Assembly: GCA_046726275.1 (NCBI GenBank)
Contig: JBKPAF010000040.1
Coordinates: 174 to 64,173, forward strand
Length of the DNA stretch: 64,000 nucleotides
From: Actinomycetota bacterium
Lineage (GTDB): Bacteria; Actinomycetota; UBA4738
Direction of reading: 5' to 3'
Positions 45,620 to 56,599 of this stretch are shown piece after piece. Position 1 is the stretch's first letter. Every line of letters begins with the position of its first letter. Made by a program: the position numbers and the translations under genes. The notes beneath the pieces were generated by a model that had not been told where the DNA came from, ran no database searches, and saw nothing but the letters and a program-made list of their open reading frames with translations.

Positions 45620-46585
45620 CTACCGCTCCAGGGCGGGAGATGGCGCAGCCGCGAGAACGGTCCCCAGAACGGAGGAAAGCGTCTCTAGAGCTGCCACCGG
45701 ATAGCAGAGGACGACATCGGCGCCGGCCTCCCGGAACGCGGCGAACCTGGCCAGGGCTTCCTTCCGGCCTCCGGTCACCGTCACCGCGCGGACGAGCTCC
45801 TCCGGAATCTCGCCAGGATTCCCACCGGTGAATGCGTCTGCAGCCTTCGACGCTTCCCGCCCCAACCCCATGAGCCCGAACTGCCGACGGTAGTTCGGGA
45901 ACGAGGCGTACAGTCCCGTCATCCTCCGAAGTGCCTCCATCGCTACGGGCTCTTCCACGCCGAGGCACGCTCGGACGTAGACGGCGATGGTCACTTCGGT
46001 CGGGTCCCGGCCACTCCGCTCCGCCCGCTCGACCAGGATGCGTTTGGCGGCAGCCACCCGCTCGGGCGTGCACCAGTTGAGGAGCACCCCGTCCGCCACC
46101 TCCCCGGCCAACCCGATCATGCTGTCCCCGAGGGCGCCTAGCCAGACTGGAGGAGGGGAATAGGGGGATGAAAGCCCGAGCCGGAAGCCGCGGGCACCGA
46201 AGAGATCATCTCCCTCAACGAGCTCACCCGACAAAGCCCGTTTGACCACCCGGATGTACCGCCGAACCACTTCCCTGACCCCGCCGGTTCCCATCCGCTC
46301 GACCGCCCTCGGATCCCCCGTCCCGATCCCGAGGATCATGCGCCCCCCCGAGAGGTCGTGGACGGTCGCCGCGGCCATGGCCAACGTGGTGGGAGCTCGC
46401 GAGGAGACCGTGACTACCCCGGTCCCGAGCGCCATCCGCGTGGTGGCCATGGCGAACCCGGTCAGGGTGGAGAACGCTTCCCGGCCGGCGATCTCGGGGA
46501 CGAACACGGCGTCGAATCCCGTGTCCTCGGCGGCCTCCACCACCTCGAGCAGGTCGTGCCAGGGAAGTGCGTCCCGGAGCACCAC
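45620..46585 (-). CDS. LLM-class F420-dependent oxidoreductase
   Basis: ORF track (GTG). GFDAVFVPE and GRMILGIGTG are present. The N-terminus looks slightly short, so the true start may be non-canonical and further upstream. Confidence 0.85.
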   Translation of the reverse strand: MVLRDALPWHDLLEVVEAAEDTGFDAVFVPEIAGREAFSTLTGFAMATTRMALGTGVVTVSSRAPTTLAMAAATVHDLSGGRMILGIGTGDPRAVERMGTGGVREVVRRYIRVVKRALSGELVEGDDLFGARGFRLGLSSPYSPPPVWLGALGDSMIGLAGEVADGVLLNWCTPERVAAAKRILVERAERSGRDPTEVTIAVYVRACLGVEEPVAMEALRRMTGLYASFPNYRRQFGLMGLGREASKAADAFTGGNPGEIPEELVRAVTVTGGRKEALARFAAFREAGADVVLCYPVAALETLSSVLGTVLAAAPSPALER

Positions 46586-46620
46586 CCCGGTCCGGCCGGT
46601 AACGGAGCTCTTGAGTTTGG

Positions 46621-46857
46621 TCAGCGGTCGAAGCGGCGAGGACCGCGGTCAAGCACCTCGACCTTCGACCCGGGGACCCGGCGCCACCTGGGGTTCGGGC
46701 CGAACAGCGCGCGCTTGACCCGCCAATACACAAGGGCTGCGATCAGGGCGACACCGAGAAACAGACCGAGAGCCACACCGACCGCGATCTTCAGCGCCAG
46801 AAACAGACCGCCGGTCGCGGCCAGGACGATCAACAGCATCAGGATGAGCAGAGCCAC
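46621..46857 (-). CDS. small membrane protein (two hydrophobic helices, basic tail)
   Basis: ORF track. MALLILMLLIVLAATGGLFLALKIAVGVALGLFLGVALIAALVYW. No family was recognised. Confidence 0.5.
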   Translation of the reverse strand: MALLILMLLIVLAATGGLFLALKIAVGVALGLFLGVALIAALVYWRVKRALFGPNPRWRRVPGSKVEVLDRGPRRFDR

Positions 46858-46917
46858 CCCTTCAGTGTACGTCGGCGCGCCGAAACGGTGGCACTTGCGT
46901 GCGCCTACCGAGCGGGT

Positions 46918-47664
46918 ATGAAGACGGTGATGATCTACATCGGGACGAGCGGCTGGCAGTACGACTGGTGGAGGAAGTCCTTCTACGCTGGAGCGCCCAA
47001 GCGGTTGTGGCTTCAGCTGTACGCGTCTCGATTCCCCATCGTCGAGGTCAACAACTCCTTCTATCAGCTTCCCAAGGAGGAAACCTTCCGCCGGTGGAAG
47101 GCGGAATCACCTCCGGGTTTCCTGTTCGCGGTCAAGGCCAGCCGCTACATCACACACATCCGCCGCCTCCGGGACTGCGAGGAGCCGGTGAAGCTGTTCT
47201 GGTCCCGCGCCACACATCTGGGGGGCAAGCTCGGACCCGTTCTCTTCCAGTTCCCACCCAACCTCGGGAAGGAAAAGGAGAGGCTCCGCGAGTTCCTGCC
47301 TCATCTGCCGCGTGAGATGCGGGCGGCGTTCGAGTTCCGGCACGAATCATGGCGCGACGACGACGTGCTGGGATTGCTCGACCGCGCAGGGGCTGCGTGG
47401 GTCCTGGCGGACAGGCCGGGTTGGAGGGTGCCACTGCTGGTGACCGGAGGATGGTCCTACATCCGGTTCCATCAGGGGCACGCCGACGATCCAGGGTACT
47501 CGCGGCGCAAGCTGCAGACGTGGGCTGGCAGGATCGCCGACCTGGACGTGAAGGACGTGTTCGTCTTCTTCAACAACGATCAGTCGGGCGCGGCTCCTCG
47601 CGACGCCGAGACGCTGGCTCGACTCCTTACCGGCAGGGGTCTGGACGTCGTCGCAGCGGGTTGA
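46918..47664 (+). CDS. DUF72 domain-containing protein
   Basis: ATG 46918. IGTSGWQYDWW, VEVNNSFYQLP and VLFQFPPN are DUF72 signatures. Confidence 0.85.
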   Translation: MKTVMIYIGTSGWQYDWWRKSFYAGAPKRLWLQLYASRFPIVEVNNSFYQLPKEETFRRWKAESPPGFLFAVKASRYITHIRRLRDCEEPVKLFWSRATHLGGKLGPVLFQFPPNLGKEKERLREFLPHLPREMRAAFEFRHESWRDDDVLGLLDRAGAAWVLADRPGWRVPLLVTGGWSYIRFHQGHADDPGYSRRKLQTWAGRIADLDVKDVFVFFNNDQSGAAPRDAETLARLLTGRGLDVVAAG

Positions 47665-47725
47665 GTTGTCCTCTCGGCTCCGACGAGAATCGGTGCATGG
47701 CGGCGGTCAGGATCGGGATCGGCTG

Positions 47726-48733
47726 ATGCCGGGCGTCCCGGTGAGCCGGGCGTGGGAGCCTTCCTACGCGGGAGCGGGGGCCACGTTCACCAAGCTCCCC
47801 CTGGCCCTGAACACCCAGGATCTCTCCGGGGTCGACGCGGCGATCGTGGGGGCTCCGATGGACGAGGCGGTGAGCAACCGGCCGGGAGCCCGGTTTGGCC
47901 CCCGAGCCATCCGTCTGGCTGATTACAACGGCCCACCGCCCCGTCCTCACATGGATCTGGGCGTCGATCCGTTCGACGTGCTGACCGTGGTGGACTACGG
48001 CGACGCGGAGGTGACCCCGGCCGACCAGGTCCGGAGCCACGAAGCGATCCGGCGGATCGTGGGCGAGGTGTGCGCGGCTGGTGCCGTCCCGATCGTGCTG
48101 GGAGGCGACCATTCCATCGCCCATCCCGACGTCGGAGCGGTGGCCGACCACCTCGAGCCCGGGAGGAGCCTTGGCCTGGTCCACTTCGACGCCCACGCCG
48201 ACAACGCTGATGACGTCTGGGGCGTCACTCGTTCACACGGGACGCCGCTGCGCCGTCTGGTCGAAGAAGGTTCGCTGGAGGGTCGGAACATCGTCCAGGT
48301 CGGGCTCCGTGGTTACTGGCCCGGCCCGGAAGAGTTCGAGTGGGCACGACGGCAAGGATTCCGGTGGCACCTGATGGACGAGATCACCGAGCGCGGTATG
48401 GACGCGGTGGTGGATGACGTGGTGGCGGTGGCGAGGGGCTGGGACGCGATGTTCCTGTCCTTCGACATCGACGTGTGCGATCCCGCATTCGCCCCGGGTA
48501 CCGGCACCCCGGAGCCAGGCGGCATCACCGCCCGGGAGGCCCTTCGCGCGGTCCGCCGGCTGGCGCACGAGGTCGGGTTCGCCGGGATGGAGGTCGTGGA
48601 GGTCTCCCCTCCCTACGACCAGAGCGAGATCACGGCCTATCTGGCGAACCGGCTGGTCCTGGAAGCGCTCTCGGGGCTGGCACTGCGCAGGCTGGGACGC
48701 GATCCTCGGCCCGAACGGTCCTCACCCCGATGA
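47726..48733 (+). CDS. agmatinase/ureohydrolase (arginase family)
   Basis: ATG 47726. The Mn-binding blocks GGDHSIA, HFDAHAD and SFDIDVCDPAFAPGTGTPEPGG are present. Confidence 0.85.
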   Translation: MPGVPVSRAWEPSYAGAGATFTKLPLALNTQDLSGVDAAIVGAPMDEAVSNRPGARFGPRAIRLADYNGPPPRPHMDLGVDPFDVLTVVDYGDAEVTPADQVRSHEAIRRIVGEVCAAGAVPIVLGGDHSIAHPDVGAVADHLEPGRSLGLVHFDAHADNADDVWGVTRSHGTPLRRLVEEGSLEGRNIVQVGLRGYWPGPEEFEWARRQGFRWHLMDEITERGMDAVVDDVVAVARGWDAMFLSFDIDVCDPAFAPGTGTPEPGGITAREALRAVRRLAHEVGFAGMEVVEVSPPYDQSEITAYLANRLVLEALSGLALRRLGRDPRPERSSPR

Positions 48734-48833
48734 AGCCGCTCCTTCGGACCGCCTTCATCGCCAGGGGGAACGAAGCAGCCTGATCCGCTCCGCTTCGCTC
48801 CGCGGGGCTGCTTCCCCCCTGGACCCCCGTAGG

Positions 48834-50240
48834 TCAGCCGGCCAGCTCTGCGCAGAACTCCCCGAACGCGTCGACGTAGCGTCGGATGTCTTCCTCCGTG
48901 TGCTGGACGCTGATCGTCCACTGCTCCTCGTCGCCGGGGGTCATGAAGATCCCCCGGTTCACCAGCCACGGCCAGGACGCCGCGAACAGATCCGGGTTGC
49001 ACTCGAGGAAGTCCCGGTAGTTGGTGAGGGGTTCGGGTCGATAGGACACACAGCCCTTGGCCCCCATATCGACTGCGTTGGCCGGGATCGCGAACTCCTG
49101 GATGGCCCGCCGGCAACCATCGGCGAGCAGCGTGCCGAGCTTCCCGAGGTGGTCGTAGGCGGACGGGGTGAGAATCTCGGTCAGCGCCACCAACCCCGCC
49201 GTGCTCGACAGCGGGTTCCCGTTGAAGGTCCCCTGCTGGGCGGTGCCCCGGGTCACCACCTCCATGATCGACGCCTTCCCTCCGAACGCCCCGATGGTGG
49301 TCCCGCCTCCCATGGCCTTGGCGAAGCACGCGAGGTCCGGCTCGACCCCGAACTTCTCGATCGCGCCCCCGGCGGCGATGGTGGCCCCGGACTTGACCTC
49401 GTCGAAGACCAGCGCGACCCCATGCTTCGTGCACAGCTCGCGAACCTTCTCGAGATACCCCGGCCGGGGAGGGACCAGGCCGATGTTCATCATCACCGGC
49501 TCCATGATCAGCGCGGCGATGTCAGTGCCCCGCTCGGAGAGGACGTGGTCCAGCGCCGCGGCGTCGTTGAATGGCACGATCAAGGTGAGCTCCGTGAGCG
49601 CGGAAGGCACGCCTTTGGACGTGGGGATCGTCCGGTAGACGTCACCGGCCGAATCGGCCGCTTCCCCGGTGATCCTCTCCTTGATTCCCAGGACGTCCGC
49701 CTCGGGCACCACCGAGAACAAAACGGTGTCGTGGTGACCGTGGTAGGAGCCTTCGATCTTCAGAACGATGTCCCGTCCCGTCGCGGCCCGGGCCACCCGG
49801 AGGGCGTCCATGGTCGCTTCGGTCCCTGAGTTCACCAGGCGCACCCGTTCGAGGCGAAAACGCCGGCACAGCTCCTCCGCGAGGGCCACGGTGGTCTCCG
49901 TGGTCACGGCGAAGTGCACACCCTTCCTGACGGTCTCGGAAACGGCCTCGACGATCTTGGGGTGGGCGTGGCCCACGAGGTTGACTCCAAAGCCGCTGTG
50001 AAAGTCCACGTACTCGGTGCCGTCCACATCCCAGACCCTCGAGCCCAGGCCGCGTGCCAGGTACACGGGATACGGATCGCCGGCCTGGAAGTTGGACGAC
50101 ACACCCATCGGTAGGACACGGGAGGCGCGCTCGAACAGGGCCGCCGAACCGGGCGTCCGGGCGACGAGCCGATCTGCTTCCCGGGCGGAGACCTCCCTGG
50201 CCCGAGCCGTCATGCGCTCCGTGTCCACCTGCGCTTTCAC
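48834..50240 (-). CDS. class III (omega) aminotransferase, HemL/putrescine-aminotransferase-like
   Basis: GTG 50240 lies 5 nt after GAGGAGG. NSGTEATMDALRVARAATGRD and FDEVKSG (PLP Lys) are present. Confidence 0.85.
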   Translation of the reverse strand: MKAQVDTERMTARAREVSAREADRLVARTPGSAALFERASRVLPMGVSSNFQAGDPYPVYLARGLGSRVWDVDGTEYVDFHSGFGVNLVGHAHPKIVEAVSETVRKGVHFAVTTETTVALAEELCRRFRLERVRLVNSGTEATMDALRVARAATGRDIVLKIEGSYHGHHDTVLFSVVPEADVLGIKERITGEAADSAGDVYRTIPTSKGVPSALTELTLIVPFNDAAALDHVLSERGTDIAALIMEPVMMNIGLVPPRPGYLEKVRELCTKHGVALVFDEVKSGATIAAGGAIEKFGVEPDLACFAKAMGGGTTIGAFGGKASIMEVVTRGTAQQGTFNGNPLSSTAGLVALTEILTPSAYDHLGKLGTLLADGCRRAIQEFAIPANAVDMGAKGCVSYRPEPLTNYRDFLECNPDLFAASWPWLVNRGIFMTPGDEEQWTISVQHTEEDIRRYVDAFGEFCAELAG

Positions 50241-50266
50241 AGAACCTCCTCTGCCCACCGGACTGG

Positions 50267-51124
50267 TCAGGTACGCCGGCGCTGAACGACTACCGTCAGC
50301 AGGGCCAGCAGCACTCCCATCACGAAGATAAGCGTTCCCATCACGTTCACCTGAGGCGGCACCCCGAATCGGGAGGCCCCGTACACCCACAGCGGAAACG
50401 TCGAAACCTGGCCTGCGTTGAAGGCCGTGACCACATAGTCGTCGACTGACAGGGCTGCCGCGAGCGCGGCCGCGGCCAGGATCCCCGGAAAGATGAGGGG
50501 GAAGGTGACCTTCCAGAATGTGACCCACGGCGTCGCCCCGAGGTCCTTCGCCGCTTCCTCCCATTCCCTGTTGAACCCATGGGTGCGGGCCTTCACCGTC
50601 ACCACGACGAATGAGATCGTGAACATGATGTGCGCGATGAGGATGGTCTTCATGTCCCGCGGGATGCCCAGCGTGATGAACAGCGCGAGCAGCGAGGCCC
50701 CCATCACCACCTCCGGCGTCGCCATGGGAAGGAAGATGAACAGGTTGGTCGAGCCCCGGCCCTTGAAGCGATAGCGGGTCAGAGACAGGGCGATCAGCGT
50801 GCCCAGCGCGGTGGCCACCAGGGTGACGACCGCGGCCACGAACAATGAGTTCTTCAGGGCCTCAGCCAGCGCGGGAATCTGGAGCAGCCTGCGGTAATGA
50901 CGGAGCGTGAATCCCTGCCAGGTGAAGTTGAACCTGCCCTTGATGTCGTTGAATCCGAACAGGATCATCACGCCGATCGGCAGGAACAGATAGGCGATCA
51001 CCACGCCCGTGTAGATGGGCAGGAACAATCCTCTCCGCCGGGGCTTCCGTGGAGTGGGGGCCGGCCGACGGAGGTGGTTCGGCTCGGCGACCGCGACCTG
51101 CCCGGAATCCGTGGCCCGGCTCAT
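50267..51124 (-). CDS. ABC transporter permease (PotC-like)
   Basis: ORF 50267..52321 trimmed to ATG 51124, which overlaps the upstream stop (ATGA). EEAAKDLGATPW is the EAA loop. Confidence 0.85.
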   Translation of the reverse strand: MSRATDSGQVAVAEPNHLRRPAPTPRKPRRRGLFLPIYTGVVIAYLFLPIGVMILFGFNDIKGRFNFTWQGFTLRHYRRLLQIPALAEALKNSLFVAAVVTLVATALGTLIALSLTRYRFKGRGSTNLFIFLPMATPEVVMGASLLALFITLGIPRDMKTILIAHIMFTISFVVVTVKARTHGFNREWEEAAKDLGATPWVTFWKVTFPLIFPGILAAAALAAALSVDDYVVTAFNAGQVSTFPLWVYGASRFGVPPQVNVMGTLIFVMGVLLALLTVVVQRRRT

Positions 51125-51999
51125 CCGGTCAGTTCCTCCGTCCCGAGGACCCGTGCGTACACAAACACCCCGACCAGGATCGCCGCCATCAGGATGAACG
51201 AGACTGCGGCGCCCTCGGGATAGTCGTTGCTGATCAGCATGCGCCGCTGGATCACGTTGCCGATCATGGTGGTGTTCGTGCTTCCCAGCAGCGTAGCGTT
51301 GATGAAGTCCCCGACCGCCGGGATGAACGTGAGGAGGGATCCCGCGAACACCCCAGGCAGGGAGAGCGGGAGGGTGATCTTGAAGAAGGCCACCGCTCGG
51401 CTCGAGTAGAGGTCGCCTGCGGCCTCGAGCAGGCTCCGGTCCAGTTTCTCCAGCGACGCGTAGAGCGGAAGCGCCATGAAGGGCAGGAAGTTGTAGACGA
51501 GTCCCGACACCACCGCGACGGGGGTCGCCAACAGCCGGAAGTCGCCGGGCACCAGATGGAATTCCTTGAGGGTCCCCAGGATGAATCCCTGGTCGGCCAG
51601 GATGAACCTCCAGGAGAGCGTCCGGATAAGGAACGAGACGAAGAACGGCAGGATCACCATGAACAGCAGCGCGTTCTTCCACCGGCCGCCGTAGACGGCG
51701 ATGAAGTACGCCAGAGGGTAGCTGATCAGCAGACAAGCGCCGGTGACGATCAGTCCGTACTGCAGGGACCGGATCATCTGAACGGAGTACTTGGAGAAGA
51801 CGTCCGCGTACGTCGCCCAGTGCCACGTCAGGCTGTATCCGCGTTCGAGCGAGCCGGTCTGCAGAGAGATGAAGAACATCTGGATGGTCGGCACGGCGAA
51901 GAAGATGACCAGCCACAAGATGCCCGGTGCCAGCAGGGCGTATGGGACGAGCCTGGTCCGCCTCCGGCCAACGCGAGAAGCAGCGACCGTGGTAGCCAC
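51121..51999 (-). CDS. ABC transporter permease (PotB-like)
   Basis: ORF track (GTG). LEAAGDLYSSRAVAFFKITLP is the EAA loop. Confidence 0.85.
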   Translation of the reverse strand: MATTVAASRVGRRRTRLVPYALLAPGILWLVIFFAVPTIQMFFISLQTGSLERGYSLTWHWATYADVFSKYSVQMIRSLQYGLIVTGACLLISYPLAYFIAVYGGRWKNALLFMVILPFFVSFLIRTLSWRFILADQGFILGTLKEFHLVPGDFRLLATPVAVVSGLVYNFLPFMALPLYASLEKLDRSLLEAAGDLYSSRAVAFFKITLPLSLPGVFAGSLLTFIPAVGDFINATLLGSTNTTMIGNVIQRRMLISNDYPEGAAVSFILMAAILVGVFVYARVLGTEELTG

Positions 52000-52008
52000 G
52001 CGGAACCG

Positions 52009-53268
52009 TCAGCCCTGGATCAGCGGGTCGAAGGAGTCGTGCCAGTCCTGCTCTTCCTGCTCGTCCAGGACCTTGTAAGTGAACGTATTGGCGAGCATCT
52101 CGCTCGACGGCCACACGAGGTCGCTCTCGCTGACGGCCAAGAGAGACTCGTCCTCCTTGGCGTCTTCGGCGATCAGCTCCCTCACTCCCTTGACCGGCGA
52201 CTCGTACCAGACGAACTCGGTGATTCCCTTGGCGATCTCCGGCCTGTAGGCGAAGTCGATCCAGGCGTGCGCGTCCGTGGGGTGCTCGGCCAGCATGGGG
52301 ATGGCCATGTTGTCCGACCACCGGTTCCCGCCCTCCTCCGGAACGACGAACTCGAGCTCAGGCGTGTCCACCTTGAGCGCGTTCACGTCCCCGGACCATG
52401 CCATGGTGATCCATAGGTCCCCCGTAGCCAGCGGGTCGGTGTAGTCGTTGCCGTAGTAGCCGCGGACGATGCCCGCGTCCTTCTGCTCCTGGAGTTTCGC
52501 GAAGGCCTGGTCGACCTGTTCATCGGTGGCCTTGTCGGGGGGGCGGACCCCGTTCAGCAGCAGCGCGAACTGCACCGAATCCCGCATCTCCGAGAACATG
52601 CCGATGTGCCCCTTGAAGGCGGGGTCCCAGAGGTCGGCGATCTTGGTGATGGGCCTCTTGGTCAGTTTGGGGTTGTACCCGATCCCGGTGATCCCGGCGG
52701 CCCACGGGTAGCTGTGCTTGTTGTCGGGATCGAACCAAGGGTTGCGGAACTTGTCGTCCAGGTTGGCGGTCGCGTTGGGGAGGTTCTCCTGGTGCAGCTC
52801 CTGGATCCACCCCAGACGGATGAGCTTGGCGATCATCCAGTCGGTCATAACGATGATGTCCCAGCCGGTGGGCTGTTGTGCAGAGAGCTGCTGGCGCAGG
52901 TCCGTCCCGAAGAACTCATCGTTGTCGTTGATGTCCTCCTTGTAGGTGGGAGTGATCCCGTTCTCGGACTTGAAGGCGTCCAGGGTCGCGCTCTTCCCGT
53001 CTTCCAGATCCAGGTACAGCGGCCAGTTCGCCACCTGGACCACCCCGGCCTTCGGCGGCAGCGGCGAGGGTGTGGGGGTCGCGGTCGGCGATTGCGTGGT
53101 GTTCCCGGTGCCACTCACTCCGCAGGCCGCGAGGAAGGCCGAAAGCCCCACGGCGCCGGCCCCGGTCCCCGCATACCTGAGCACGTCCCGGCGGGAGAAC
53201 CGCCGCTCCAGCATCGCTCGGAGAACGGCCGAATCCTCAGTCGGCTTGTTGTGGGTGGTGCTGGTCAT
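52009..53268 (-). CDS. polyamine-type ABC substrate-binding lipoprotein (PotD/PotF-like) with Tat-like signal
   Basis: ATG 53268 follows GGAGGAGGAG and overlaps the ATPase stop (ATGA). It has an RRDVLRYAG twin-Arg region and the lipobox FLAAC. Confidence 0.85.
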   Translation of the reverse strand: MTSTTHNKPTEDSAVLRAMLERRFSRRDVLRYAGTGAGAVGLSAFLAACGVSGTGNTTQSPTATPTPSPLPPKAGVVQVANWPLYLDLEDGKSATLDAFKSENGITPTYKEDINDNDEFFGTDLRQQLSAQQPTGWDIIVMTDWMIAKLIRLGWIQELHQENLPNATANLDDKFRNPWFDPDNKHSYPWAAGITGIGYNPKLTKRPITKIADLWDPAFKGHIGMFSEMRDSVQFALLLNGVRPPDKATDEQVDQAFAKLQEQKDAGIVRGYYGNDYTDPLATGDLWITMAWSGDVNALKVDTPELEFVVPEEGGNRWSDNMAIPMLAEHPTDAHAWIDFAYRPEIAKGITEFVWYESPVKGVRELIAEDAKEDESLLAVSESDLVWPSSEMLANTFTYKVLDEQEEQDWHDSFDPLIQG

Positions 53269-54425
53269 AGCTCCTCCTCCCCCTCGCTCAACGGCGCGGA
53301 TGGTCGTACGACGAAGGTGTGCTCGGGGCGCCACAGGAGGCGCACCTGCTGGCCCGGGGCGGGGATCGATTCCGCCCCGAGGTTCTGCGCGTACACGGTC
53401 AGCGTGTGATCGCCTGGACCGTCGATGGTGAACTGATGGCTCACGCCGACGAAGGTGGCCATGCGAAGCGTGCCGGTCACCGAGTTCCACCCCGTCGGGG
53501 ACTCCCCCGTGTCGCGTTCCAACCGGATCTTCTCCGGCCGAACTCCGACCTTCACCCCGGTCATCTGACCGTTCAACCGCTCCGACGGCACCGTCAGCAT
53601 CGAGCCGGTCTGCAGTTGGATGGTGGCCATGGCCCCGTCTCGTCGCGTGACCTCTCCGTCGAGGAGGTTCGACGCCCCCAGGAAACCCGCGACGAACTCG
53701 GTGGCGGGGTTCTCGTACATCTCTTCAGGGGCCCCGATCTGCTCGATCTCCCCGGTTCGCATCACCGCGATCCGGTCGGACATCGTCATGGCCTCTTCCT
53801 GGTCGTGGGTCACATACAGGAACGTGATGCCGACCTCCAGCTGGATCCTCTTCAGCTCAAGCTGCATCTGCTTGCGGAGCTTCAGATCCAGGGCGCCCAG
53901 GGGCTCGTCCAGCAACAGGACCTTCGGCCGGTTGATCAGCGCGCGGGCCAGGGCCACCCGCTGCTGTTGCCCTCCCGAAAGCTGGGACGGTCTGCGCCGC
54001 TCGAATCCCGGGAGGTCCACCAGGCGAAGGGAATCCCCAACTCGCTCCTGGATCTGGGTTTTCGGGACCTTCTTCCGCCGAAGCCCGAACGCCACGTTTT
54101 CGAACACGGTGAGATGCGGGAAGAGGGCGTAGGACTGGAAGACGGTGTTGACGTCGCGGCGGTAGGCGGGGAGGTCGGTGACGTCTCTCCCCCCCAGGAA
54201 GATAGTGCCTTGGGAGGGCTCCTCGAACCCACCGATCATCCGCAGGGTCGTGGTCTTTCCGCAGCCGGATGGCCCGAGCAGGCTGAAGAACTCTCCGCGT
54301 TCGATGTCCAGCGTCAGGTCATCGACCGCGGTGACGTCTCCGAACCGTTTGGTCACCCGGTCGAGCCGGACGTCCGCTTCGGCCACGTACTGCTCTCCTC
54401 TGCGGGGGCTACCGCTTCGCTGCAT
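53265..54425 (-). CDS. ABC transporter ATP-binding protein (PotA-like)
   Basis: ATG 54425. Walker A is GPSGCGKTT, the signature is [13 protein letters not shown], Walker B is LLLDEP, and a TOBE-like tail follows. Confidence 0.9.
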   Translation of the reverse strand: MQRSGSPRRGEQYVAEADVRLDRVTKRFGDVTAVDDLTLDIERGEFFSLLGPSGCGKTTTLRMIGGFEEPSQGTIFLGGRDVTDLPAYRRDVNTVFQSYALFPHLTVFENVAFGLRRKKVPKTQIQERVGDSLRLVDLPGFERRRPSQLSGGQQQRVALARALINRPKVLLLDEPLGALDLKLRKQMQLELKRIQLEVGITFLYVTHDQEEAMTMSDRIAVMRTGEIEQIGAPEEMYENPATEFVAGFLGASNLLDGEVTRRDGAMATIQLQTGSMLTVPSERLNGQMTGVKVGVRPEKIRLERDTGESPTGWNSVTGTLRMATFVGVSHQFTIDGPGDHTLTVYAQNLGAESIPAPGQQVRLLWRPEHTFVVRPSAPLSEGEEEL

Positions 54426-54645
54426 GAGCCCCCGCGCCCCACCCTCTTGATCGAGACGCATTGAATCACGGAGCAGCCGGTAGGGCCGCCATGTGCTGCA
54501 CGCTAGCCTGTCGGGAGACGCCGACGGCACGTCCTCTCGGCCAAAAGCCGTTTGTACGCTTTGTACAGGTGGGCGAGTAGGGAGACCAGGACGCCCCCGG
54601 CCGGCGGTGCCACCGGTCCGAACCACGTCCTACAGTGGGGTCGCC

Positions 54646-55806
54646 ATGGTCGAGAGATCCGCCTATCCCGAGAACGGCATGGGCGGGAGCGCTCTTCGGG
54701 CCGTCAGCGACGCGGTTTTGGCCATCGCGGCCGAACGTTCGGTCGAGCACGTCCTACAGAAGATCGTGGACTCGGCGAGGGGCCTGGTGCGTGCCCGATA
54801 TGCCGCGCTCGGAGTCCCCGATGGCGAGGGAGGCTTCTCGCAGTTCATCGTGTCCGGCATCAGCGACACGACTCGGGAGGCGATCGGCGAGCTCCCCCGC
54901 ACGCACGGGCTGCTGGGCGCCATGCTGGAGGACCCCGGCCCGATCCGCCTTCGGGACATCAAGAGCCATCCGGACTTCCGAGGCTGGTGGCCTGACCACC
55001 ATCCGAAGATGCGGTCGTTCCTGGGGGTTCCTCTCGTCTCCAGGGGAGCGATCATCGGCGCGTTCTACCTGGCCAGCAAGATCGGGGCCCGGGAATTCAG
55101 CCGCGACGACCAGGAGCTGGTGGAGGTCCTCGCCGCCCACGCGGCGATCGCCATCGAGAATGCCCAGCTTCTCGAGCGCAGCCGGGAGCTTACGGTGATG
55201 GCGGAGCGCAACCGGCTGGCCCGGGACCTGCACGACTCCGTCACACAGACGCTGTTCAGCGCGGTGTTCACGGCCGAGGCGGCAGCCGAGCTCCTCGAGC
55301 GGGATCCTCCCAGGGCGAAAGCCGAGGTGCGAAAGCTTCAGGAGCTGGCCAAGGCGGCCGTGCGGGAGATGCGCGCGCTGGTGTTCGAGCTGCGGCCGGC
55401 CGAGATCGAGGTCGAAGGGCTCGTTCCGACCCTGCGCAAGCACATCGGCGTGCTTCGCCGCGTCCACGGGGTGGACGTCGTTCTCAACGTCGAAGGGGCA
55501 CGACGATTGCCGCTTGGGGCCGAGCGAGAGCTCTACCGGATCGCCCAGGAAGCGATCCGGAACGCCCTGCAGCACTCGGGAGGAAGCAGGATCTCGGTCG
55601 AGATGACGATTCGGGATTCCGTGGTCAGTCTCTGCGTGAGCGACGACGGCGTCGGATTCGATCCCGAAGCCCCACAGGTCCGAGGACGACACCTCGGCCT
55701 CACCTCCATGATGGAGCGGGCGGGCCTGCTCGGTGGCGAGCTGCACATCGAGTCGGCTCCGGGGTCGGGGTCGAAGGTCTGGCTGGAGGCTCCGGTCGGT
55801 GGCTGA
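54646..55806 (+). CDS. GAF-domain sensor histidine kinase (GAF, HisKA_3, HATPase_c), cytoplasmic
   Basis: ATG 54646. A GAF region ends in [10 protein letters not shown], followed by the H-box [15 protein letters not shown] and [14 protein letters not shown]. Confidence 0.85.
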   Translation: MVERSAYPENGMGGSALRAVSDAVLAIAAERSVEHVLQKIVDSARGLVRARYAALGVPDGEGGFSQFIVSGISDTTREAIGELPRTHGLLGAMLEDPGPIRLRDIKSHPDFRGWWPDHHPKMRSFLGVPLVSRGAIIGAFYLASKIGAREFSRDDQELVEVLAAHAAIAIENAQLLERSRELTVMAERNRLARDLHDSVTQTLFSAVFTAEAAAELLERDPPRAKAEVRKLQELAKAAVREMRALVFELRPAEIEVEGLVPTLRKHIGVLRRVHGVDVVLNVEGARRLPLGAERELYRIAQEAIRNALQHSGGSRISVEMTIRDSVVSLCVSDDGVGFDPEAPQVRGRHLGLTSMMERAGLLGGELHIESAPGSGSKVWLEAPVGG

Positions 55807-55837
55807 TCGACGGGGCCGGGCTGGCCGGGGTCCTCAA

Positions 55838-56485
55838 GTGCGGGCGGACAGGATCGAGGTCCTGATCGCCGACGACCATCCGGTCGTCCGTCATGGGCTC
55901 CGGGCGTTCCTCCAGTTGCAGGAGGACTTCGACATCGTCGGCGAGGCCGGGGACGGCCACGAAGCGGTGGCCGAAGTCCAGAAGCTGCGACCGGACGTGG
56001 TCCTCCTCGACCTTGTGATGCCGAACCTTGACGGCATCGACGCGATCAGGCAGATCCGCCAGGCCAGCCCCGACACGAAAGTAATCGTCCTCACCACATT
56101 CGCCGACGACGAGAAGGTCTTCCCCGCGGTGAGGGCAGGGGCCGCCGGCTACCTGCTGAAGGACGTCGAGCCGAAGGAGCTGGTCGATGCGATCCGCACG
56201 GTCCATCGGGGAGAGGGTCTGCTTCACCCCCGGGTCGCCTCAAAGCTGATGAGCGAGTTCGCCGGGGAGCACGAGCGGGCGGACACGTTCGAGGCCCTGA
56301 CCGACCGGGAGAAGGAGGTGCTCCGGCTCATCGCCCGGGGCATGTCGAATCGGGAGATCGCGAGGGAGCTCGTGCTCTCGGAGAAGACCGTGAAGACCCA
56401 CGTGAGCAACATCCTGGCCAAGCTTCGCCTGGCCGACCGGACGCAGGCGGCGCTGTACGCCGTGAGGAATCGGCTGGTCGACTAG
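55838..56485 (+). CDS. NarL/LuxR-family response regulator
   Basis: GTG 55838. REC shows [10 protein letters not shown] ... [11 protein letters not shown] ... GYLLKD. The LuxR HTH is [40 protein letters not shown]. Confidence 0.9.
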   Translation: MRADRIEVLIADDHPVVRHGLRAFLQLQEDFDIVGEAGDGHEAVAEVQKLRPDVVLLDLVMPNLDGIDAIRQIRQASPDTKVIVLTTFADDEKVFPAVRAGAAGYLLKDVEPKELVDAIRTVHRGEGLLHPRVASKLMSEFAGEHERADTFEALTDREKEVLRLIARGMSNREIARELVLSEKTVKTHVSNILAKLRLADRTQAALYAVRNRLVD

Positions 56486-56599
56486 CCCCCGCGTTCGGGG
56501 TCTCCTCCCACAGTCTCACCGTTCTCCGACGCATTGCCGATGCCGGGATGCGCCTCCAGGACGATGCGGGCCCAGCGGGTCTCGGTTACCGTCCAGGGA

